The notes below the pieces were generated by a model. The model did no database searches, was not told where the DNA came from, and worked only from the letters and a program-made list of their open reading frames with translations. The position numbers and the translations under genes were made by a program. A stretch of DNA of 60,994 bases, filler included, from Sphacelaria rigidula (taxonomy: Eukaryota), in the NCBI GenBank assembly GCA_964200075.2. It is 6 parts of 6 records of this genome, joined end to end, with 100 filler letters (N's around TTAATTAATTAA, not from the genome) between each part and the next. Parts side by side here need not be neighbours in the genome. Positions count along the whole stretch, not along the records: positions 10,185 to 20,267 come from CAXNAA020007182.1; positions 20,368 to 30,450 come from CAXNAA020007183.1; positions 30,551 to 40,632 come from CAXNAA020007184.1; 3 more parts are not named here. One strand, written 5' to 3'. Numbering within the stretch: position 1 is the first letter of the stretch; the number at the start of each line of letters is the position of its first letter. This document shows positions 13,101 to 33,329 of this stretch, one piece after another.

Positions 13101-16100
13101 GAAGCCAAACAGGAAAAGAGTCAATCTCAAGAACCGAAGAGACTCATGATATATTTCTTGTGCAGAAGCTATGCTCGTTTCTTAGGACCCTTCCCAACGA
13201 AGGGGATTATCCCCTTTTTTCACGATCTCTTTTTGCCAGCGGATTGGCCCCATGAGGACCAGTCCTGAGTCCTATCGAGAAGCAGTTTGGTACAGATTGG
13301 ACCCCAGACCTGCACGCAGGTTCAGGAATGCGGCGGATCTGAAAGTGGTCGTTAGTCCAAGGTCTGTGTAATGCTGCAGACATCACGCAACAAGGCAACA
13401 CAACACCTACACACCCAGCCCCGAAAAGACACGCACAGACACCCACCACCCACTCGCATTAGTTTCAGTGCTGGCCCTTGCTAATCTACACACGGCAGTC
13501 TTTGTTTGACGGAAATCCGTGCTATATTGATCGAATGGCGGCCGCGTGCGTGTCAAAAACGACCGAAAATGTGTCGTTGCTGACCGTTTTGTAGCAGTGT
13601 GCTGCGCGTGCGTCTCACACAAATCATCATTTCTCAATGAGTTCTGGAAATACTTGAGCACGGCCACGCACAACGTGCACAGCTGATGAGCAGCTACGGC
13701 TCAAGCTGTGTATCTTTGGTTTGCGGGGCCACCAAGTTCCTCAGGTTCAGCTCTGATTGTGTTGGGTTGTGCGGTAGGCCTGTGCATGTGCCCCTGTCAA
13801 CGGGACATATATGTTCCCCTTCGAGGTGCACAGAAATTCCCTGTGGAAGGGGGGATTTCTGTACACGTCAAGGAGATTCCTTTTCCTCCTTTTTTTTTTT
13901 TTTGGGGGGGGGGTGTCATCGCAGCGACCAATCAACGGTCGTTTTTCAAAAAAGGGGATTTTGAAAAAGGGGATTATCCCCTTCGTCAAGAAGGGCCCTT
14001 ACTTCGTACAGTACACAAAAATCATAATACACAAAATAGAATCTTAGCAAGAGACGAGGTGTGTTCACCACGTTGTCGATGAAAAAAAAGCTTGAAAAAT
14101 CTTTTTTAAAATATAAATAACAAGGAGAATTTTTCCATCTTCAATTTACTCAGCGAATACATAATAATCTGCACACAATAAACGACAACGCAAAGAATGG
14201 AAAAAAAAGGGCGAAAGGAGAGACTGTCCGCATTCCTTCTGTCAAGGAAAACATTTTCACACAGGCATAGATACAGACAAGCTGGAGTACGACACCACAT
14301 GCACTAAATTATGACACAAACCACAAACACCTGGCCATGTTTCTTCTCGGCAGACACTCTCTCTCCCCCCCCCCCCGCCATTCCACTAAAAGCTCTCGAC
14401 ATACCGCTCCCCGCAACCGACCCACTCTCACCTCTGACCGTCACCTTCAGCGACTCCACCCCTGCCCGCCACACCCTCTCCGGCTTCACCCCCTCTCCCT
14501 TCCCCATGATTCCCATCACGCATAGGACCTTGTCCTCCCGGCCCAGCGGGCCCATACGGTACGCCAGCACCAAACACCGCCGGGTACGTAGAACGGGCCA
14601 TCTGTTGGGGGTACCCCGACGGTGCCCCCGGGTACCCACCCCCAGCAAAGAAGGGGTTGTTATGGCTGAAAGCGTAACCACCTTGTGGGCCGAGAGGGGG
14701 GTATCGGAATGGACTGAAGCCGGGCGGGTAGGGGTGGAGGGCGTTGGGAGGTGCTGGCCCTCCGGCGCCATCGTGCCAAGTTCGGAACGGGAATCCTCTG
14801 GCAAATCTGAATAGTATCCGCGAGAAAAGCAGGAGCCAGGGACGAGATAGTGCGCACAACACTTCAAGTTTGCGTTGGGTAAGGCATTCATCACATTACA
14901 GGATATTTCGAAAAATCATACTCTAAGGACCACACTCAAAGCTTGGGGTAACAAGAGTATTGAGGTAGTACCCAACAACAGCCAGATGTTCGGGTAGAGA
15001 AGTGCGATCAAAAACTTTACTTTACCCAACTTTCGTGTGTGGAGTTCGGAGATTGGATGGATAATGGAAAAATGAAATCCGGGAGGGTAAATGCTTGGGT
15101 ATTTAACCTACCCCGAGACACCCTTCCAACATTTCGGCACTTCTAGACACATACAGATAAACATTACCGCTTCCCGCGCAAGCTTTGTCTACCGTGGCTT
15201 CATCATCTCCCGTCCAAGAGAGAATGCGATCTGGATCATGACCGTGCTACGTTTTTCAGCACGGTCTATTTTACGACAGTTCCTCTTCACATCTAGATGC
15301 GTAACGGACCGCGGCCGGATTCATATCGGAACAGTTAAGGCCCGACAATCAGTCAACCAATTAATCGATTCATGCAGGAAAGCGGTCAGAGCATACACCG
15401 AAAGTTTCTTAGACGCGTTTTTTTAGTGCTTTCCAATATATTTTGTGCAGCAACAAACGGTCAGGGATAAAAAAACGCAAGTAGACAATGACTTTTGGTA
15501 TGCATCGCGTCTACCATGCACAGGTTATACACAAAATGCACACCATCTCGATAACGAACGACACTGCCAAACTCGATCTTGTTTCCGACAAGGAGCAATG
15601 CTACGGTAGGGGTACACGTTTTTCGCGAAATTATGTCTAGTTCGGGGGCTCCTTACGATTCTGGATGCACAAAAATATGGGTCAGGGCATCCCCGTTTGC
15701 AAATCCATTCAGGATATTCCCAGCACATTGGAGTAGTAATCCTGGCGTACTTTAGCATATTCTCATAGGTCGTGTGTTGCATGGGATAAAGGGCTCCCAA
15801 CAATTTTAACCTCAGAAAATATATGTGCACCTCTACCGTAGCATCACTCCAAGAAGAAATATTGAAAAAAACAGCGATCACGCCGCCGAAAGCTGTGTCA
15901 TTGGGAGACAATCTCTCCGATTTCTTCCGTTGTACAGAGTTTCTCTCGCACTGCGGGGTCTGGTCTCTATGCAACTATTGTAACCAGGAAAATGAAGATT
16001 GAAAGATCCCATGTTTCGAGCTCCATACTTGAAAGCTTCCTTCACCCCTTTTTTTCAACGAACCGCCCGAAACCCGGACGCGTGCACAAACAACGGACAC

Positions 16101-19100
16101 GCACACACGACCCTCCCAGGGGGAATCGAGCGAACGACTTGAGGGAGCCCAGTAAGCACCACGCCCACATTTCCCCCCAGCACGAAAATTTCCAAGAGCA
16201 CGCACACACACACAGACATACACACACACGCGCGCGCGCGCGTGCATGCGTACAAATACGCGACACTCACGGGGGCATCGCCGTCGACGGACCAGTCGGA
16301 AACTCATACCCGCCGATCTCGTCTTTTCCACGACCCCCATCCCCCACCCCGCGAACGGCAGCACCGCTCCCACCGCCCCCTTCTCCCGCTTCCGTCTCTC
16401 GAGGTACTCTCTCGCCGACTTTTCCCTTCGCCTCCCCTTCACGCCCGCAGTCGATACCTTCCGCATCCTCACTCGCCTCCTTACGGCTACTCCTCCCATC
16501 GCCATCTTCCACTCCGCTCATCTCCGCGTCCATCTTACCGGCGTCCGCCCCCCCGCGACTTGCCTCCTTAGCAGCAGCACTCCCGTTACCATTCTTCTTG
16601 TCTCCATTTCTTGGTGAGGTAGACCCCGCCCTCTTCCCTGCCGTCACCACTGCCACCGACGCCGCCGGAGGTCGCTTTGGTGTTGGGGTTTCGAGAGAAG
16701 ATAAAGCATTCGATGACGACCGCGGGGGCGGGGACCGGGAGACAGAGGGCCCCGTCGGCGCCGCCGCCATGAATTTCTCCTCGTGCCGAGCGTCTTCGCT
16801 ATGTAGCGTCAAAGGCTCCGCCTCTTCGGAGACATTACAGTCAGAAGCGACCGTGGCGGCGGCCAGAGCGGGGGTTACTCTTGGTTTGATCGTTGCAGTC
16901 GCTACAGTACCAGCATCATCAGCGGTGTTAGAAGCGGTAGTAGACGAGGCTAACGGCGGTGGTTGTTTCCGCTTTTGCTCACCCTCCACTTCTTGTTTGG
17001 CTTCCTCCTCCTGTTGTTGCTGCTGAGAATAAAGACGCGGCGGTACTTCGACCGGCCACGAACCCACGCCGTGCGCGGAAGCCTTTGCTGCGGCTCCGTC
17101 CGACGCAGAACTGGTCACGTCAATGCCGCTGTTGCCGCTATTCTGCGGTCGCTCGACGCCAGGTGAAGATGGAGGCTTTGCCGTCGCGCCTTTGCCGACA
17201 TCGCGCACGATCGGCGTCGCTGGGCTAGGCAAGCGGTTACCGCTACCGCCATTGCTCGATGTGGAGTCACCCCCGACCGCCGCCGGTGCCTCGTGATCGG
17301 CCGTACCGACCTCCGATGACGCAGCTTCCACACCAGCTGGCGGACTCGAATCGGTGTTCGATGCCGACGACGATAGCGACGACTTCGTCGGGTAAGATCC
17401 ATTCCAGTCGTTAGCTACGCCGGATGTGGCAGCACCAGACGGCGGGGTTTTCACCGCCGAACATTTGGGCGGTGCCACTGATCCCGTTGCAGGCGGCGAA
17501 GAGTCGGTGGCGCCGCAGGAAGAACAATCGCCCATCGGAGGGGTGGAACTATCGGCGGCCGCCAGAGATTCGCCTCCATCAACCTCCGATCCTTCCCCTT
17601 CCGCCGGATCATCACGGTCACTGGCGGCGCGGTTGATATCTCGAGACACTCCATTGCTGTCGGAGCTCGGCTGCCTCTTTTCATGCTCTCGTGCGGAGGG
17701 ACCACTACCGGTGTCAGAGACATCAAACCCGGAACCCGCGGGAGCAGCAGTGGCACGGGCCCCAGCAACGACGACAGCGCTAACTGCAACAGCTCTACTC
17801 GGGGTTACTCCATCCGCAATATCCACCTCGTCGGCAATCTCCATAACGTCAGATTGTTCGCCCTCACCACCGATGGCGGCGGCAGCGGCAAACTCCACCC
17901 CCGCCCTCGGCTTCAAAGGCCGGCCGTCCTTCAACGCATTACCGCTCCTGATAGAATCGTTTGACTTTTGCGCCAACGCAGTCCCAAGCCCCGCCCCCAC
18001 CTTCGCCTTCTCAGCCGCCGTCGCCACTGCACCATCTGATACTGCATCGTTGTCTGATTTCTCCGCGACGTTCGCCGGCGCACTGGTACATTGAGCTTCC
18101 GAAGTTGCGGCGGTCGAACGGTTGAGAGTGTCCTCGTCAGCGGCTGACGGGAGGCCCGCCTTCGACCGCTTAGTAGCACTGTCGTTGCCGATGGCCAGTG
18201 GTGTGGATCGGGTGAGAGATGCCCTGTCTGCCTCGAGTGCCCGTCTTTACATGAAAAAGTATACGGTTCACGATTTGTTTTTAGTTGGTCGGGAGGGGAG
18301 AGCAGGCGGGCGGGCGGCGGGGGGGGGGATTAAGTCATACGTGTTGCAATGCAACGATAGCATACAATTTGGATAACAAAGAGAAGGACAACATTCGTAA
18401 AAATTGGCAAAGAGCCCTACCAAAAGCCGTGACGGGTCTCGAGGCTACTCTTTCTTGAGGGAACGACGGAGCGTTTACACGGGATGTACATGGAACATGT
18501 CTCAGGGACATATTTTCCGGTGATGCCACCCAATCACCCGAAATGAAGCCAAACAGAAACAGAAACAGAACAAAAACAAGACGATAAAAAGGGGTCCCAA
18601 GTCTCTTCCGAACCCCACGCTCACCGCTTTGCTTTAGGACGACCGATCCCACTCTCCTCACGCTCCCGTACCCCATCCTTCCCTTCTGCATCAATTCCGT
18701 CCTCTTCCGGCGCCGACCGCTTAACGCCTCCCACCATCACCGCGCTGACCTCCACACTGTACTTCTCGCCCACTCTCACATCATCACCAACATTTTCGCT
18801 GCCGTCAACGATAGCGTTTTTACCACCGCCGCCGACTATGCCGCCAGCTCCCGCAGTTTCCTCCCGGTATTTCCGTCCATCATCGGCAGAAGACGTCCCC
18901 GACTGTCGATCGCCGCCGCCCTTGGATACCGCCGCCGCTTCAACACCTCCGTTCATTTCCTCGTCCAGCTCGAGCGTACACCCCGCTCCCGCGGTTTTTT
19001 CAGGCAAACTCCGAGCAACCCCCAGATTTCCTGCCTCTTCAGATGACAAACCCGAAATACCCGCCGCATCGCTATCGACGACATCAACAGCAGCAGAGGC

Positions 19101-19868
19101 GGTCTCACTTGCCGATTCATTGCCATCTTCCAGAGCCGCGGGGGTCGCGCTGCCTGCAGACTTGCCACTAGCGGCACCCTCCCCCCCGGCCGCCGAGACT
19201 TCCGCAATATCGTCCGCTTCATCCGAAACGGCCGACGTTGTCCGTAATTTTTTCTCGGACGGCGTTGCTTCGACGTCAACGACCATTTCTGTTGCTGCCT
19301 CAACGTCACACGGAGACCTCGCTGCCGCACCCTTGCCCCCTTCGCCCGTGAGCGATTCCAACGGCAGTCGTGACGACGATGCCAGCGGCGGGGATCTATC
19401 GCCTTTGTCCGAGTCTACCGACGTATGCGTTGTTTTTGTTGCGGTTGTACTTATGGGCTTGAAAGAGGTGGAGGGTAGGCCGGCGTTGCTGCTACTACTC
19501 CCCGGAGCGGCTAATTCTTCTCGGCCGCCGCCTTGGTCTCCATGATTACCTTCTTCTTCGTCGTTGTCCCCTTCGGCCTTCACGACATGCCTCCTCGACT
19601 CAGATTGCCCATCTCCCGACTGCTCAGCAACCTTACTCTTGCGCTCGACAGCATCAGAGCAATCGTTGCCCTGGGACACTCTTGATGATCCGTGTGGCGA
19701 CGATGGTAATGCCACCTCTCCATCTTTTCCGCTGCTGTTTCTTCCTTCCGACAGCAGCTGGACTTCGTCGTCGGCGGGCACTTCCTTCACGTTGTCCACG
19801 CCCGCAACACCATTCTCGCCCACCACCTCTGGCCCGCTGCTGTCGGGGGCACCTAGTTCTAGTTTCGC
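10185..19868 (-). CDS. Partial multi-exon gene encoding a large A/S/G/E/D-rich, probably disordered protein of unknown function
   Basis: Phase-compatible exons in transcript order: 19868-18625, 18244-16271, 14806-14432, 12218-12113, 10458-10185 (runs into the gap). These match ORFs 18621..19994, 16267..18027, 14428..14862, 12017..12277 and 10129..10656. There is a P/G/Y-rich segment (PYPPGFSPFRYPPLGPQGGY). No recognisable globular domain. Confidence 0.85.
10767..11126 (-). mobile_element. tRNA-derived SINE family A with (CA)n tail
   Basis: Minus-strand head has A box (GGTGGCTCAGTCG) and B box (GGTTCGAATC). The body is shared with four other copies. (TG)n lies at the left on +. Confidence 0.8.
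11606..11922 (-). mobile_element. SINE family A copy, 5'-truncated
   Basis: (TG)n plus shared body (CCCATCTATTCTG...CAGTCCCTTTCCCTCGTCGAC...GAGATTCGAACCC). The A box is missing. Confidence 0.8.
12490..12934. mobile_element. Long imperfect palindrome (foldback MITE)
   Basis: Arms of ~220 bp centred at ~12710 (e.g. ATTAAAATCTTCGTATCCACACCAAA vs TTTGGTGTGGATACGAAGATTTTAAT). A right-end fragment of the same family is at 30551-30600. Confidence 0.8.
13185..13998. mobile_element. PIF/Harbinger-like non-autonomous element
   Basis: TIRs GGACCCTTCCCAACGAAGGGGATTATCCCCTTTTT / AAAAAGGGGATTATCCCCTTCGTCAAGAAGGGCCC, with TTA on both sides. Confidence 0.7.
15592..15850. mobile_element. MITE family with GGAG(C/T)(A/G)ATGCTACGGTAG TIRs
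   Basis: GGAGCAATGCTACGGTAGGGGTACAC / GTGCACCTCTACCGTAGCATCACTCC. Other copies at 32080-32330, ~47922-48177 and 48938-49577 (interrupted). Confidence 0.75.
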
Positions 19869-20267
19869 CTGTGCATGACAACGCGGGGAGACAATACGAC
19901 AAAGTGGAATGGCAGAAGTTGTGCGGGGAAAACGGTACGGGTACCTGAACTGACACACATCGATTGATTGACTCGTTAATCTAGTGTCGGACATCGACTG
20001 ATCCTCTTATGAATGAATCCACCCATGGTCGCAACATAGAGAGGTACCCGAGGTGAACAATCGGGAGAAATCACGATACTCCATGTACAAAAAAAGTCGA
20101 GAGAAAAAATGGATCCAAAAAAACAAGGACGAGAGAATAAACAGGGCGAACTGCAAACAGGGCAGGGAGGGGACGGGGGGGGGACGGGGGGGGGACAGGG
20201 AGAAAAGAGAAAAACATCCAGTAAACGAACCCGGAACAAAAAAAAAAAACAGACGAAAGGAACGGAA

Positions 20268-20367
20268 NNNNNNNNNNNNNNNNNNNNNNNNNNNNNNNNN
20301 NNNNNNNNNNNTTAATTAATTAANNNNNNNNNNNNNNNNNNNNNNNNNNNNNNNNNNNNNNNNNNNN
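20268..20367. other. Artificial contig linker
   Basis: Same 100-nt N44-TTAATTAATTAA-N44 spacer. Confidence 0.97.
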
Positions 20368-21542
20368 GTACACCCCCCCCCCTTTTACATTGAGCTTCGC
20401 GATCCCGGAAACTACAATAGATTCGTGCTCTCTTGTCGACCACGTATTTGATCAACAGCAAGACCAGCATGAGCCACGAACAAAAATGTTTTCTCAAAAT
20501 CCATCCAATGGAAAGGTGATTATGCCGACAAGTTTTTCATGCCATATTCATGGGTTAGATTCACTAAGTGGGAGCTCTGTTCCATATATATATTCCAACC
20601 ACGGGTCTGAGAAACAAAGACAAGAAAAAAGTGCCACGATGAAGAAAGAAAAAGACCACTCGGGGCGCGACCAAACTGGTATATTTTGTGTCGACGCTCA
20701 ACCTTTGTGAGAGAGGCAGGGGGCGAGTTTAAGTGCTAATAATTAGGATGCCGGGCATAGCAAGACCTTGCGAAGCTGGAGTTGGTCCAGGTGTCGAGAG
20801 CGAGGTGCTGGATTCCTCCGGGCAAAGATATGCACTGTTTTCGACATACGAGTGTGAATTGACCGCGAGTCAGAAACGTCGAACTGACGTGATGATAGTA
20901 AAAAAGTGAGGAGGCCTAGTTTGGAGTTTCTTGGGAAACGCGCCGCATCTTTGTAGGAAAAGGGGACTGGTGTTGGAGAATGCCAGCTCACATATTAATG
21001 ACCTGTTATTTATTTGCCTTTGGATCACTGCTGCAGCGAATACAGCTGCTCGCAGAGAGGCCTTCACACTCTGTATTTTATCATATTTCAGTCAATGTGC
21101 AACATTTTCCGATCGGGTAAAAAACAGGGAAATGGGGACGAGAAGTATGACCTCGTGAACCAATTTCCCTCCACCAAGAGAGTGCGGTTTGAACCCTGGT
21201 GTGTTTCACTAGTCAAAAGGGAATGAAAGATGTCTCACTTTTTGCCGTTGCCTAGGAACAAATCCTCGTCCCACCACAGGAGCACCTCGACTTATGCAGC
21301 TCCTGCCAGCAACAAGGATCTTTGGCGGCGTGGCTGCCGTTTTTTTGGTGGGAGAAACTCGACTTGTGTTCTTTTTATTTCCAAATCACAAATATTATTA
21401 TTCGACATACCAGTACGGAACAGAACAGATCAAATGATACTGGCGTCAATAAGTGTGAAACTCTAGAACACGTTCTAGAACAGTTAGAACGTTTTTGGGC
21501 TAGGACACTCACCTTACCGTAAATATCGCAAGTGCGACATAA

Positions 21543-21600
21543 TAGAGCAGAACAGAGCAGAGCAGAGCAGAGCAGAGCAGAGCAGAGCAGAGCAGAATAG
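21543..21600. repeat. (AGAGC)n microsatellite
   Basis: Direct reading. Confidence 0.95.
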
Positions 21601-22529
21601 AACAGCATGGAAAAAACTAGGGCTGTGAACTGGACCAGTTTGTACTGGCGATTAAACTGGAGCTGGAGTTTAACTGGAACTGGTGATGAGGACTCCAGTT
21701 TATCCAGTTTATTCAAGGTTTGCCGTTACCGGCTATGTTTATACCAATTTTAGTATCGTGATTTTATAACAGATATGCTTACACTATTACGAGAAAAATG
21801 ACAGTGGAGTTGGGGCCTGCACCTCACAGCAGTACAACTACAGACAGTACTCGTGGTACGAGCTGGCTCGGCCCAGAAGCGGATATGGAGTTTGCATGCC
21901 CATTCGCAATTTATAGTACTGGGCGCCTGAATTATTCTTCTTCAGGAGGGTTTTTCTCGCGAATACTCTTCGATAAAACTCGAAAGTGCTACTGTAGCGT
22001 CGGTAAATTTTGGTGAAATGAACAGATGGCCTTCTCCCCCCCCAGTGGCCAAGTTAGTGTTAGTTGGTGATATCGGGCGATACGAGTAGATACCCCGTTT
22101 ATCAGGAGGGCGTTATTGACCGTGAAACACAGTTTTTCGGCTCTAATGCTATGAGTGGGTGGAATTAAAAAAAGAACTTGACATTTCTTCACAAACGATT
22201 CGGGTCAGACTCGATCGACCGAAAATACCGAAGAGTAAGAATCTGGGCTGAAACCTGTCAGGACCTCCGATGACTGGTCAGTCCGTAAGTCACTCAGTAT
22301 TGAGTACGTATGATTTTTTTCTCTTGGAAGTGGAGCGGGTACAAGTATTTTCAGATCCCCAATGTGATGACCGGTGGCAAGCGAAAGAGCCCAGGAAAAT
22401 CGCCAGTCACGAAGAAATTACAAGATGAATACGTAGTTCAGGCGCTCGGTACTGTAATACTTTGAGTTGGGCTCAGAAATGTGTGCGCATATCGGGTGCT
22501 CGTGCGCGTGTGCGGCGCAATTTTATTTC

Positions 22530-22785
22530 AAAATTACACCGTATTTTGTGAAAAGAAACGTATCCAAACACACGATCACGCAACGACATGAGACGTACCC
22601 GGTACTCAATGCAGTACAATAACGCCATCGCCAAAACTGCGCCAATCGACAGCGGCGGAGCCGTGCGTTACCAGGTTGGTCTGCAGCCCACAGAGACCCG
22701 CTCAAGTCGGGCTGATTCAGGAAAATTGAGATGTTGTGGTGTGGTATGCTTATGTGGGATTCACGGTTGGCCCAGCTCGCATGCA
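22530..22785. repeat. Dispersed repeat, second copy at ~48670-48925
   Basis: Shared GCAGTACAATAACG.CATCGCCA...GACAGCGGCGGAGCCGTGC...GGCCCAGCTCG. Confidence 0.75.
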
Positions 22786-23167
22786 ATAAGTTAGGCCAGT
22801 TTGGATGGATTTTTGGTGGTATTGGTTTTCAACCCTGATACTGTATATACCAGCTACTGCACAGAAAAAAACAACAACAACACATAAACACTCGACTGAT
22901 AAGATATGTCACTGATCGGAATTCAACTTGCAATACCGCGCGAGGTAGGCGTTACTTAGCTTTTTGCGGTATATTCTTCTATTATTTTGAGTTATCTCGT
23001 GGGGGAAACAAAGAAACGCCACTTTCGAGGTACTTTTTTGCATCCTTTTTCGTATATGTTTTTGTTCTTGTGGAAAGTTGGAAACAATACGGTACGTCTC
23101 AACCGTGCTGTCCTCTACCGGCCCCAGAGCGATATACTCACTCCGTGATCTGCGATTCTTTACTCAC

Positions 23168-29899
<6,732 letters not shown>

Positions 29900-30450
29900 G
29901 GCCCCTGTTGGCGCAGCAGCAGTAACGCTGGTGGTCGTACTCCTGCTGCTTCCTTGTTGTTATTAATCTTGCTCTAGCTGTGTCTTGTTTCTTGCGGGTA
30001 CTTGGTTCGGTGCAGCGTTTACCTCGGGTCTTGATCCAGTGGATAGCAGCAGCAGCAGCAGCAGTAACGAGCCTACGGGGGTGTGGTTCCATGCGAGCAT
30101 ATGTGCGTAAGTAAAGGTCTTCTGGAACCGCAAAAAAACATACGCCAGCACGAGCTGAATATCTTTTGCACATAAAGACTAATGTGTATAGGTCACAGGA
30201 GAACAGAAGAAGCGCGGTTCGAGGCTCGTTGTGTGGCATTTTTCTTCATTTTTCCTTTTCTTGTTTCATGGAACGTGTCGCAGAGGCTTTGGCCGAATCA
30301 GGCTTTTACGACGCACTTCTATTTGTATCATTCCGGAACACAGGAAATCATGAGAGGTATCAAAACATTCTACCCCCCCCCCCCCCCCCCCCCCCACGCC
30401 CCAAAAACCCCCCCCCCCACACACCCCCCCGCACCCGCACTCCACCAACG

Positions 30451-30550
30451 NNNNNNNNNNNNNNNNNNNNNNNNNNNNNNNNNNNNNNNNNNNNTTAATT
30501 AATTAANNNNNNNNNNNNNNNNNNNNNNNNNNNNNNNNNNNNNNNNNNNN
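30451..30550. other. Artificial contig linker
   Basis: Same 100-nt spacer. Confidence 0.97.
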
Positions 30551-32079
30551 TCTCATCCTCAATCAATAGCACCATCCTCAATATAGATGATTGGCTGTTT
30601 GGAGGAGACCTGAAACAAACCTGTTTTCATCACAAGCTCACACTAAATTACATTATACTCTTGTATATTATTGATAATAGTAGTAGTAACACAAAACAAC
30701 ACGGGATCCTGGAGAATACTTCTTTTTTTATTAGGAACGAACTGATGTCGAACGTGTAACTTATATATAATACGGTATTGCACCTGGTACCGGGTCAACC
30801 GATAGTTCAAATAAATGGTTCAAAGGTGTGTATTTGACTCAGTACCAGGTAGGTGCAGTACTGCTGCTGTGTGTATGTCCTTAAATTCCGATCTCAGTTC
30901 GTTCCCTTGGGAAAATCTCGTTCCCATTTTTCAGGATCGTCCCGTCGTAAACGCGCTACACGAGCACTACTACTGCTATTAACCGCACTGCCGAACACGG
31001 GTAACCACAACCAATTTAATGTTTCCTCCGCGAGAGCTGGGGGTGCAATTCTTGCCCTTCGCGCAAGTAAGTGAACATCCGATTTGTCTGTTGGGTCATT
31101 ATTGCGGAAATCTATCGTGCCGAAATCGGGATATTGTGGCCATTTGACGTCTTTCGTGACGGGAGACAAATCTGAAAAATGATTTTGAACACACCGCAGC
31201 GGCACCTCTATAGCTGCGTTGGGTACCTGTGAAGACCACACTGCCTATCGTTCGGTAACGCTTCAATGTACTCGAAACGTCGACTCGCATCCTTCCAATA
31301 AAGAGAATGGTAGAAAACCCTCAAGGCCAGGCGGCCTGCCTCGGACATTCAAACCAGCTACGCGGTAGAGTAGAAGCCACTGGAGAGCAAGCCTATACTA
31401 TGGACGTGCAAACCACGATCTCAGCATAACATCGCGTACCAAGCAAATCAACTATACTTTTCTCGTCCCTATCACTCAAAGAATATCTATCCTTGATTGA
31501 ATATGTGGTACTGAGAGGTACGCGAGGTGGCGCTGGCAAGAACCGGGGCAGGACTGTCTGTCCCAGAAGATTGAACTGACACATACAGGAAGCAAGTATT
31601 GTCCAACCATGAATTTCTGGGGTCGGGTTGGGGTAAACACGTACCTCCGGGCTGAAGGCACCAGTGGTCTCGGTCATCCTTGCTACTGTGCTGGGGTGAT
31701 TATATGCTTGGCTGATGTAAGATAGCGCTTCTCTCGCCGCCTGTTGATGCTGTCGATGCACCCACCCTCGCGTCAAAGGTGGAGACTTTTGTATTCAGGA
31801 AGGGCCAACAGTATAGTACTATCTATGCCCACAACAACAGTACAGCGCTGTGATCAGGTGCATTTTTTTTAATTCGAGATCTTGTTGGAGTATGACTGAG
31901 TAGTGGGATTGTTCCAGAAGATCGCCCGGGTCTTTGCGGAGGATTTCAGAGGTACAAATCTCGGGACAATACGAGTCGCAAATGCATGCACGCACAATAC
32001 TAAATAGTGGTACAGACAGGCTGATACTACAGTTGCGTCCGCTCGGCCGTGGCTATGCTCGGAGGTCTTGGCGGCTATT

Positions 32080-32330
32080 GGAGTGATGCTACGGTAGGGT
32101 TGCACTTTTTGAGCGAAAATGTTTCTCGGGGTGTTGCACGGATCATTTTGAGAATCGGTATCATTTTTACTTGAAAATGATGCCGATTCACGAAAAGGCC
32201 CTTGTGTGCATTTCCATGTCCTGTCCCCGGAGATTTGGGTTGCACAGTAAGCCCCATGTATTTGGGCTCATACAAAAACAAACGTGGCCACGAAACAAAA
32301 AGAAGTGCAACCCCTATCGTAGCACTGCTC
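32080..32330. mobile_element. MITE, same TIR family as 15592-15850
   Basis: GGAGTGATGCTACGGTAGGGTTGCACTT / AAGTGCAACCCCTATCGTAGCACTGCTC. Confidence 0.7.
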
Positions 32331-32917
32331 ATTGGCGCGACCAACATGGAGAAGAGTCTACAGCTGACCCCGTGTAGCTGATGTCCCTCTCTTAGACAGC
32401 ATCTGTCTGTACTGTCTGTGCCATACAACGGTCACCACGATTTTGAGTTCCCCCGATTTTTTTACATGGAAGTCGGTCTTGGATGTTGATTTTTGACAGC
32501 CAGGGACCATAATCTTGGGTCACGGAAGACTCAAGTGCAAATGATGCCGATTCGACAAATGGACGGCATGACCTTCACTTCTACAAGTGAACATGAGCTG
32601 GAACGGTCAGTCAAATTCTAGATCGTCCATCTGACGAATAGGTTTCGTAAAAAATCTGAGTTGCTCATGACTTTGGTGGTACGACTCTCCGGTACATTTT
32701 ATCAACCGCTCATTCGCACGGTAGAGTTTTTCTGAAAGGTTCACTACCTGCGGTTTGAACGGCAGCTTTCCACTTTCTCCCTACTTTGTACTGGTGAAAT
32801 TTTATGCAGTGCGTTAATTCGACCATTTTCCCCGCGTTGAATTTGTACGAGGCAGGAGATCCTGAAGAATGGGTGCAATATTTTCCACTGGGAACACCCT
32901 CGAGTCGAAACTGTAGA

Positions 32918-33329
32918 TAACAGCAAATTGTGCGAATTAAGGTTAAACTCTGAGATGAGTTTCAAGCCTACAACAGCGCTTTCCCCACACTTCCAGCGAT
33001 GGTGCCCGATGACGTTTCTGTCGGCCTAGTGCCCCTCGATCGCGTAGATACTTCTTCAGCGTAATTCACCGACCCTGTGGGCTTACAGCGCTGACCGAAA
33101 CCGTCAAGGGGGTAATTTCAGAGGTAATTTCAGGGAACATGACGGTTCCGGTCAGCGCTGTAAGCTCACAGAGTCGGTGAATTGCGCTGAAGAAGTATCT
33201 ACGCGATCGAGGGGCATTAGGCCGGCAAAAACGTCATCGGGCACCATCGCTAAAAGTGTGGGAGAAAGCACTGCTTCAGGTTTGAATCTCATCTCGGAGT
33301 TAAACCTCACTCCGCACACTTTGTTGTTA
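32918..33329. mobile_element. Long hairpin element, family H copy 1
   Basis: Arms of ~190 bp containing GATGGTGCCCGATGAC...GATCGCGTAGATACTTCTTCAGC and its reverse complement. Confidence 0.85.

Noticed and set aside
13676..13712. Hammerhead at CTGATGAGC
   Set aside because: No GAAA follows the stem. It is a simple hairpin.
15992..19878. Long plus-strand ORFs (344, 222, 235 aa)
   Set aside because: They are antisense shadows of GC-rich minus-strand exons.
20740..20880. LPGGIQ on the minus strand as the DGAT2 PGG exon
   Set aside because: It lacks the following Glu and surrounding conservation, ends in a stop, and has no phase-1 acceptor linking it to the HPHG exon.
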